Positions 1 through 5,785 of a stretch of 12,812 nt of DNA are shown here, in pieces. Numbering within the stretch: the first letter of the stretch is position 1; every line of letters begins with the position of its first letter. This stretch comes from Pseudomonadota bacterium (GTDB taxonomy: Bacteria > Bdellovibrionota > FAC87 > UBA2466): assembly GCA_043718025.1 (NCBI GenBank), contig JAYSWN010000062.1, forward strand, positions 1 through 12,812. The letters are read 5' to 3'. The translations under genes were made by a program, and so were the position numbers. Under the pieces are notes generated by a model. That model had not been told where the DNA came from, did not search any database, and saw only the letters and a program-made list of their open reading frames with translations.

Positions 1-637
1 GGATAAAGTGTTCTTTTGAGGAAAACGCTCCGGCTTGATTGGAGCCCTTAATTGAATCAGAAGCCATCGAGTTGGCTTTGTGCGCGATAATCACATGACC
101 GTAGTGCCAACTGGTAGTGACAAGTAGCAGCGCAAACAATCCCACGACCACTGATTCCAAATGAGAAAGGCCAAAGTTTTCGCGAATCGCAAAGTAACCT
201 AACACTACGCTCCAAACGTAGAGGAAGAGACTAAGTACGCCGAACAGGGCGTGGGTATCAACGAAATATTGGGCCGTATACGCGGCCAGGGCGACCGTGA
301 AGACCACGGCCAAGCGACGGGCTAGTACGCGACGGCTGGTGCGCTCACCAAAAAAATTGCCGACCAACCAGACAGAAGTGGTGACCACGTAAGCACCGAG
401 TGCAATGCAAAACAGGCGGCCCGCCAGCACGATCCAGAGCGAAAAGTTGAAACTTAGATTCCAGCTTTTCTGAATCCAGAGGGCGACTTGAAAAAATTCG
501 TTTTGGCCTCGTCCTACTTGCGTTTCAACGAGGGCGAGTCCCAAAAAGGCAACCAGAATGAACCAGTGGTTTGTCGACCATTGCAGTTGGTTGAAAAAAC
601 GTGATGGCTGCGTAAAGAGCGTAAAGATCTGTTTCAC
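1..637 (-). CDS. Yip1-like multi-pass membrane protein (3' end runs off the window, >=212 aa; not in ORF track)
   Basis: Manual translation from GTG at 637 (SD-like GGAGGG about 8 nt upstream) is open to the window edge: MKQIFTLFTQPSRFFNQLQWSTNHWFILVAFLGLALVETQ...FSLWIVLAGRLFCIALGAYVVTTSVWLVGNFFGERTSRRVLARRLAVVFTVALAAY...LFGVLSLFLYVWSVVLGYFAIRENFGLSHLESVVVGLFALLLV. About 5 hydrophobic segments. The N-terminal 'LFTQPSRFF' and 'W..vL.y.air...gls' patterns are typical of Yip1-domain proteins. Confidence 0.75.
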   Translation of the reverse strand, partial: MKQIFTLFTQPSRFFNQLQWSTNHWFILVAFLGLALVETQVGRGQNEFFQVALWIQKSWNLSFNFSLWIVLAGRLFCIALGAYVVTTSVWLVGNFFGERTSRRVLARRLAVVFTVALAAYTAQYFVDTHALFGVLSLFLYVWSVVLGYFAIRENFGLSHLESVVVGLFALLLVTTSWHYGHVIIAHKANSMASDSIKGSNQAGAFSSKEHFI

Positions 638-816
638 TTCTCGAACCCTCCCAAGGGTAACCCATTGCCCCAAATCAGAAAGGGGGCAACACTACTTCGC
701 CTTCTGCAACCCGTGCCAATCCCAAGCGCCGGTCTTTCTCGCCGCAAATCGCCTAAAACGGGGTGTTTAAACGTTAGTCAGCGTAGCCGAAATGGGGAAA
801 ACAGAGGGGATCACTG

Positions 817-837
817 GCTGTATACCGATCGTACAGC
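817..837. promoter_or_regulatory. Inverted repeat GCTGTA-N9-TACAGC (TGT-N11-ACA), candidate enhancer-binding-protein UAS
   Basis: Perfect 6-bp dyad about 110-125 bp upstream of the predicted sigma54 start site (~944). Function is inferred from position only. Confidence 0.35.
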
Positions 838-917
838 GCTGCCAAAAAGTGCACACAATTAGAAACTCAGTGTTTGTGAAACACTCTGTATTTCAGGGGG
901 TTGAGTGAGTGGGTGAT

Positions 918-934
918 TGGCAAACCGTTTGCAA
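918..934 (+). promoter_or_regulatory. Sigma54 (-24/-12) promoter candidate for the lipoprotein gene
   Basis: TGGCAAACCGTTTGCAA has exact GG-N10-GC spacing with TGGCA and TTGCA cores, ending 23 nt before ATG 958. Confidence 0.6.
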
Positions 935-957
935 TTATTAACAACTACAGTAATCGT

Positions 958-1977
958 ATGGCAACACTGAAACTACAACTAGAGTACCGCTTTCTCTTAG
1001 TGGCGGCGGCAACGCTGCTACTTTCGGCGTGCAACGACGGTAGAATCGCAAAAGCTCAGCCGCTTAAGTTGAAGCAGGTCTTTCAGAACAATAGTCCGAC
1101 ACTTTCAAAAGTGGCCTCCGTACAATTTGAAAATGGTGAAACCACCGTGGACTCGATCGTGCGTGAAGGAAATACCCTTTACATGGTAGGCCGTCCTTTT
1201 GGGTTTTCAGGTTGGGCCATTGATCAGCCGGACACTCCTACCCTTACTTTTGATATCAAGGCTCAATTAACCACCTTCGCGATTAAGCTACCCTGGGTTT
1301 ACGACTGGTATGCCTCTGGCGCGGTTGGCATTATGGGCTCTACCGCTTTTCTTTCGGGCACGGCCGGGGTGAGCGTAGTTAACTTAACCCAGTCGCAAGC
1401 CCCCAAAGAAATATTTAGAAAGCCACCCTTGGACGCCAGCGGAAATCCTCAACGCGACTTTGCCTACACCTACCGCGCCGTTGTGCCTCATCCGTCGGGG
1501 GGAATGTATTACGGGTTTTCTCAACAGGAATCAGTCTATACCGTCGCGATTCGCCAGAATGATCTTCAGGTGATTTCGCGTGCCTCTTATAGCCCGAACG
1601 GAAACGTTTGTTGCGTTCGCAGCGCTACTCTTTTTGCTAATACGATTTACGTAGCCTTCGGCACACGGATGGCTTGGTTTGCACCGACTGCCAATGGCGG
1701 CTTGGTGGATCCGGGTGAGCTTAATGAACTTCAAGTTGCGGGGGTGGCTCGGTCCGAAACTCATTTGATCGCCTACCACAACCCGTCTTCCGCTTACGCG
1801 TCGGGTCAAGTTAACCCGCGTGGCTTTTACTATTTTGATTCTACCGGACAATTGGAACACTACGTTCCCACCAACCTTGTTCCCAAAATCTTCGCCACCG
1901 ATGCCACGGGGCGGTATATCTACGTGCAGACGGCCGGTGGCACCGAAATCGAGATCCATCGCGTAAGCGGCCTGTAG
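958..1977 (+). CDS. Lipoprotein with LVIVD-like repeats, predicted beta-propeller (339 aa)
   Basis: Start re-set from TTG 901 to ATG 958, which gives the signal MATLKLQLEYRFLLVAAATLLLSA|C (lipobox LSAC) and leaves the sigma54 motif upstream. Blade-like repeats: IVREGNTLYMVGRPFGFSGWAIDQPDTP, VGIMGSTAFLSGTAGVSVVNLTQSQAP, ATLFANTIYVAFG, FATDATGRYIYV. Confidence 0.7.
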   Translation: MATLKLQLEYRFLLVAAATLLLSACNDGRIAKAQPLKLKQVFQNNSPTLSKVASVQFENGETTVDSIVREGNTLYMVGRPFGFSGWAIDQPDTPTLTFDIKAQLTTFAIKLPWVYDWYASGAVGIMGSTAFLSGTAGVSVVNLTQSQAPKEIFRKPPLDASGNPQRDFAYTYRAVVPHPSGGMYYGFSQQESVYTVAIRQNDLQVISRASYSPNGNVCCVRSATLFANTIYVAFGTRMAWFAPTANGGLVDPGELNELQVAGVARSETHLIAYHNPSSAYASGQVNPRGFYYFDSTGQLEHYVPTNLVPKIFATDATGRYIYVQTAGGTEIEIHRVSGL

Positions 1978-1979
1978 CC

Positions 1980-2008
1980 TCGACTTTTCCCACTTAAAAA
2001 AATAGACT
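1980..2008 (+). promoter_or_regulatory. Sigma70-type promoter candidate for the YceI-like gene
   Basis: TCGACT-N17-TAGACT with an A-rich spacer. The -10 ends 9 nt before GTG 2018. Confidence 0.35.
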
Positions 2009-2017
2009 ACTCCTATC

Positions 2018-2668
2018 GTGCGACTCCACTATTTAGTTCACTGTTTTTCCTTCTTAATCATGTTCGCTATTCAAGGTACCGCTGCGCCAACGCGCTTCGA
2101 GCTGCGCGACATTGGCCTACGTAACGTCTTGCAGGTTTCGATGGAAGGCATTTTAGAAAAAACGGTGGGTATTACCCCCTACCTGTTTGGCTGGGTTGAA
2201 CTCGATCCGGATCGCCTCATCGACGGTATTGCTGGTGAAGTTCGCTCCGATCTGCGAACCTTCCACACCGGTAACCCAGGCAAAGAAGACATGCTTTTAG
2301 AAAAGTTGCTAACCGTAAGCCAATTTCCAACGGTCACGGTAACGTTATCTAAACTACTAAGCGTCTCCAAGGCAAAGCTGGGCGAGGGCCAACCCATCGT
2401 CGCCAAGGTTGAAGGCGTTATGAATATGAAGGGCCAAAAACGACCGCAAACCCTTTTGCTGAAACTCTCCTACTTCAAGGAGTCCCCGCTTACGAAATCA
2501 AGCGTGCCGGGGAATCTTTTAAAAGTGAGCGGCACTTGGGATGTGGATTTAAACCAGTTTGAAGTGGTGATACCAGAGAACTTCAAATCCCAAGTTCCCC
2601 GATTCGTGCAAGTTGCCGGTGACTTTGTGGCCTCCGCCCAATCCGAAGCTAAATCCGCAAAACGGTGA
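2018..2668 (+). CDS. Secreted YceI-family (polyisoprenoid/lipid-binding beta-barrel) protein
   Basis: Signal-peptide-like N-terminus. RNVLQVSMEGILEKTVGIT...GWVELDP...GEVRSDLRTFHTGN...LLTVSQFPTVTVTL...VEGVMNMKG...GTWDVDLNQFEVVIP follows the YceI strand pattern. Confidence 0.8.
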   Translation: MRLHYLVHCFSFLIMFAIQGTAAPTRFELRDIGLRNVLQVSMEGILEKTVGITPYLFGWVELDPDRLIDGIAGEVRSDLRTFHTGNPGKEDMLLEKLLTVSQFPTVTVTLSKLLSVSKAKLGEGQPIVAKVEGVMNMKGQKRPQTLLLKLSYFKESPLTKSSVPGNLLKVSGTWDVDLNQFEVVIPENFKSQVPRFVQVAGDFVASAQSEAKSAKR

Positions 2669-2671
2669 CCT

Positions 2672-2691
2672 AACTCGAAATTCGAGTTTTT
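2672..2691 (+). terminator. Probable intrinsic terminator after the YceI-like gene
   Basis: AACTCGA-AAT-TCGAGTT hairpin running into a T tract, 3 nt after the TGA. The stem is rather weak. Confidence 0.45.
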
Positions 2692-2744
2692 ATGACGGCT
2701 AGTATCGTGGAGGCGCAGCTTATTGTGCCACGACTACTTTCACC

Positions 2745-2858
2745 GTCATTGCGCACGCAGTGCGGCTGAAGCAACCCTTTCACTATGAGTTAAGATGGAC
2801 GTCGACAAAACCAAGCAGGCCAAAGGTTGCCGCGCCTGTTACGCAGGCGCGCAATGAC
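2745..2858. repeat. RPE/REP-like palindromic (MITE-like) element, 114 bp
   Basis: Perfect terminal IR GTCATTGCGC (2745-2754) / GCGCAATGAC (2849-2858), inner IR GCAACC (2771-2776) / GGTTGC (2825-2830), and side hairpins CGCAC-GCA-GTGCG and GCGCCTG-TTACG-CAGGCGC. Same layout as GTCATTGCG...GCAATC...GATTGC...CGCAATGAC intergenic repeats. Confidence 0.65.
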
Positions 2859-3159
2859 AGGAACGCGGCTCTACATAAGGTTTTGAGACACCCTCTGAGG
2901 AAATTTCCTGATTTTGAAGTCGCTCTGATTTTTTTTCCGGGAAGAAAAATTTAAAAAAACTTCGAAAACGGGTGGAACGCTTTGTGTTTAGTTCGATTGC
3001 TTAGCCCTCCTAAATAGCACTAGCCCCGAAGTGAGGTCGTGGTCGCTAAGACAAAAAGGCAATCTGAAATGCAGGCGCGGTCTGCCGGTCGCCGTCACCA
3101 AATGACATTTCACGTCACTCCATAGGTTGCGCTTACGCCCAAACTGTACACAAAAAGCG

Positions 3160-3176
3160 TGGCCGTCTGTTTGCAT
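3160..3176 (+). promoter_or_regulatory. Sigma54 (-24/-12) promoter candidate for the 3208 gene
   Basis: TGGCCGTCTGTTTGCAT has exact GG-N10-GC spacing, ending 31 nt before ATG 3208, at the end of a 540-bp intergenic region. Confidence 0.55.
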
Positions 3177-3207
3177 GACACCCCCCTTGAGGACGGTTGG
3201 GGGAACC

Positions 3208-3819
3208 ATGCGCGATACTTTGATTGGGTTGTTTTTAATTGTCGGACTAGGTATGGGCTACTGGCTTATCAGCAGAAGTTCCGATGCTATCACTCCGTTA
3301 GAGAGCACGTTAGGTAACTCGGGCACCTCGAAATCTTCTCGATACACCAAACAGGGGGTCCATAATGAAAGAAAAAATTCTAAACAAATTGGCCGAGATC
3401 AAAAATTCGCCAAAAACACAAATCACCAAACAGGAAGTGCGGCAGCTGATCTCGAAAGCGAAGGGGTTCATTCAATCTATTCGCAAGGGCCAAGAAAATC
3501 TCGGTCCTCAGTAAAGCCGAGCTCCCAGTTTACTGCGCTGCCTGACGGCATCGTCGACGCTGATGCTCCACTAAATAAGAGTGAAACGGCCAAAGTTTCA
3601 AAGTCTCCAGTCATCCACGGGCTTCCCGTGGATGACTGGATTCTTTCCCGCCGCGACAGCATCTCATTGCAAAAAGTTTCTCCTCCGGCTCCTAGCCAGC
3701 TGCGCTTCTTCTTTCAATGCATGGAGCTTAAAGAGGGCGTTACGAATGAACTTAAAGAGGGCGAGTGCCGCGCGCTTGCCGCAAAGAACACGCCTCGTCC
3801 CGCTGGTTTTATTCGTTAG
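3208..3819 (+). CDS. Hypothetical membrane-anchored protein (203 aa): N-terminal TM, polar low-complexity linker, small Cys-pair C-terminal domain
   Basis: Start re-set from 3127 to ATG 3208 (GGGGGA SD just upstream). MRDTLIGLFLIVGLGMGYWLI is a TM anchor, followed by an S/K/T/Q-rich linker and a C-terminal LRFFFQCMELKEGVTNELKEGECRAL. Confidence 0.7.
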   Translation: MRDTLIGLFLIVGLGMGYWLISRSSDAITPLESTLGNSGTSKSSRYTKQGVHNERKNSKQIGRDQKFAKNTNHQTGSAAADLESEGVHSIYSQGPRKSRSSVKPSSQFTALPDGIVDADAPLNKSETAKVSKSPVIHGLPVDDWILSRRDSISLQKVSPPAPSQLRFFFQCMELKEGVTNELKEGECRALAAKNTPRPAGFIR

Positions 3820-3830
3820 TGCGTAGGCTG

Positions 3831-5612
3831 TTAAAGGTTAAAGGTAACTTGGGTCACGTAACGGAAGATTTCGTATTGAACTTCAGGCGCGTCCTGAAAA
3901 TAAAGCAGTTTGTCGTACGAAATGCCCACTCCAAAACGTGTGGACCACGGCCGGATATAAAATTGATAACTTATCCCACCGGCAATTCGGTACTGATTTA
4001 AACTTGTGTGTGCGGCTACCTCCACAAACGGAATCAGGTAATGCTGCCCGAAAAAAATTAAATGTGGCTCCATGAGTAAGGCAACGTGCGCAAAACGCCG
4101 GGCAAACAACCGGCTCGCGAAGGTAAGTCCGGTATGCGAAATCTGAAAATCTACGTGATAGAAGAATGGGCTGCCCAGAATTGAATGTTTTTTATATCCG
4201 GACCAACGCAATCCCGCTCCGATTCTAATAAACGACAGCGTGTCATTGGGACGAAGTGTGTAAAGCGAAACATTGTACTGCAGGCGCGCAAAGAAGGTAT
4301 TATCGAGCAGCAATCGAACGTCGGCACCCACGTAGGGTCGTTCTAGTTTTTCTCCGGCCTTATTTTCAAATAAATAATAGCCAATCTCTTGAGTCGGTTC
4401 TAACTGGAATCTGGGTGTGTAGGAATGGCTTAAGGCTGATTGACCTTCGATAGCGTAAAACTGATTCGAAGGCCCTTCGAAAGTTTTATTCCCTTCGTAG
4501 AGCGAAATGCTATAGGAGTATTCGCCGCCGCGTTTGATAAGCGGTGCGACTTCACGCCAATCAAAATACGTGGGCGGAGGTCCAAGTCGCGAGAGCTCTC
4601 CCGCCACTTGGCCTGCCTCATTTCGAATAGTGAAGCGCCAGCCTTCATATTTCTTCTTTAGTAAGGGCGGCGCAAACAGGCGAAAAACCAATTTGGCATG
4701 TTTTGAGGAATCGACGTCAATTTTTGTAACCGCCTCTTGCTGAGAGTAGAGCTGCACGAATACGGTCTGCTCTTCGCTAATCTTGAAGGCGGGGCGAAGC
4801 GCCTTCACATTGTCAGTGAGCTTCGGGGGAAGTTTGAGCCAGTAGTTTTTAAATCGGTACATTCGAAAGCTTCGGTCTGGGCGAAACAAGCGAAGGATGA
4901 ATTCTTGAGGCTCAAAGGGGAGCGAAACCTTAATGACAAAGCGTCGTTTCTTGCGCTCGTGCCATTGACCTTCAAAATTCAATTCGTATCCGGGAGAAAT
5001 ATCGCCAGTCAAAAATATGAAAGGTAGCCCTTTCTTGGGGATGTAGAGAAAGCGCTTTCCAGTGGCGTCGAAGCGAATGCCGCGATCACTGCCGGGGTCG
5101 ATTTCCACAAACTCTAAAAATTCTTGAGACGGCAAAATAATCGATTTGCTCGACAGTAGGGCATTGGCGATGGCAGCCGGCGCTTGAACTTCGGGTGCTT
5201 GGGCAGTGCCATTTGGGTCTACCGGTGCGTAAGCATCTGGTACGGGCGGTTGGTAGGCGTTAGGGTCCTGGTATGTATTTTCAGGGATTGGCGCGTTGGG
5301 ATCGTAGGGCGGCGCATTGGGGTCCTGATAGGCATTCGGGTCTTGGGAGAGGCTCGGGTCAGCATTGGCGGGAACGTTGGGATCCGTATACGCATTGGGA
5401 TCTTGGTACGCATTAGGATCTTGGTACGCATTGGGATCGGCAGCTGGCGCAGTTTTGGGCACGGCCGCCACCGCGGCGGGGCCCTCTTTTTTCGCGGTTA
5501 CTTTGTCCGGCTTGGGCCCACTCTCAGCGTAGGCGTGCCTCTCGGGCACGATGCCCCCCGGCAAGCTCAAAACAAGAAAAATGAAACGAAGTGTGGAGGC
5601 ACTTATCTTCAA
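3831..5612 (-). CDS. Secreted/outer-membrane protein with DPNAY repeats, FlgD-Ig-like segment and probable C-terminal beta-barrel (593 aa)
   Basis: TTG start with AAGGA SD and a signal peptide ending about AYA|ES. Pro-rich repeats at aa 59-134. WRFTIRNEAGQVAGEL..GPPPTYFDW...GEYSYSISL resembles FlgD-Ig-like domains. The last ~190 aa are amphipathic aromatic-rich strands ending YVTQVTFNL. Confidence 0.75.
   Translation of the reverse strand: MKISASTLRFIFLVLSLPGGIVPERHAYAESGPKPDKVTAKKEGPAAVAAVPKTAPAADPNAYQDPNAYQDPNAYTDPNVPANADPSLSQDPNAYQDPNAPPYDPNAPIPENTYQDPNAYQPPVPDAYAPVDPNGTAQAPEVQAPAAIANALLSSKSIILPSQEFLEFVEIDPGSDRGIRFDATGKRFLYIPKKGLPFIFLTGDISPGYELNFEGQWHERKKRRFVIKVSLPFEPQEFILRLFRPDRSFRMYRFKNYWLKLPPKLTDNVKALRPAFKISEEQTVFVQLYSQQEAVTKIDVDSSKHAKLVFRLFAPPLLKKKYEGWRFTIRNEAGQVAGELSRLGPPPTYFDWREVAPLIKRGGEYSYSISLYEGNKTFEGPSNQFYAIEGQSALSHSYTPRFQLEPTQEIGYYLFENKAGEKLERPYVGADVRLLLDNTFFARLQYNVSLYTLRPNDTLSFIRIGAGLRWSGYKKHSILGSPFFYHVDFQISHTGLTFASRLFARRFAHVALLMEPHLIFFGQHYLIPFVEVAAHTSLNQYRIAGGISYQFYIRPWSTRFGVGISYDKLLYFQDAPEVQYEIFRYVTQVTFNL
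5211..5438 (-). repeat. Intragenic 18-bp / hexapeptide (QDPNAY) repeat tract
   Basis: Nine DPN units plus one DPS. Near-identical tandem 18-mers TACGCATT(G/A)GGATCTTGG on + at about 5389-5438, degenerate toward 5211. Confidence 0.9.
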
Positions 5613-5715
5613 TTGAATTGTTCCTTAGGCGGATAGTGCCCGTTCACCGCGGGCAAGTTCCACAATCGGCACCGAGCGTGGTTGTTCTGTTGAATGACTT
5701 CAGTTTAATGTACTA

Positions 5716-5745
5716 ATTGTAACACCGCGTTTGGAAGTTACCCAA
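5716..5745 (-). promoter_or_regulatory. Extended -10 sigma70 promoter candidate for the 593-aa gene
   Basis: Minus strand reads TTGGGT-N18-TACAAT with TGn directly before the -10 (TGTTACAAT), about 100 nt upstream of the TTG start. Confidence 0.45.
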
Positions 5746-5785
5746 ACCGTGCATTGCGAGGTGTGTCATAAGAGTTTTTCATCGT

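Noticed and set aside
705..718. TGGCACGGGTTGCA on minus upstream of the Yip1-like gene, resembling a sigma54 promoter
   Set aside because: GG-to-GC spacing is 8, not the strictly required 10.
817..837. CTGT...ACAG as an E. coli-type LexA box
   Set aside because: Spacer is 11 nt, not 8.
558..862. 70-aa and 65-aa + strand ORFs
   Set aside because: They overlap the Yip1-like gene and its regulatory region, with no SD or protein-like character.
2701..2740. Imperfect hairpin AGTA-TCGTGG...CCACGA-C-TACT followed by TT
   Set aside because: Large loop and short T tract. It may be a repeat-element flank but cannot be called.
3053..3092. AAAGGCAATCTGAAATGCAGGCGCGGTCTGCCGGTC, faintly like a c-di-GMP-I riboswitch
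   Set aside because: Lacks the GCAAAC, GNRA-capped stem and CGCAAAGC elements. An Infernal/Rfam scan would settle it.
2760..3209. 64-aa (+) and 73-aa (-) intergenic ORFs
   Set aside because: They run through the palindromic element and promoter region, with no supporting SD or motif.
5211..5438. Repeats as a CRISPR array
   Set aside because: Short, in-frame, codon-degenerate units without unique spacers, and no cas genes.
5184..5636. 150-aa (+) and 70-aa (-) ORFs with repetitive RI/MRTKI peptides
   Set aside because: Shadow frames of the DPNAY repeat tract.
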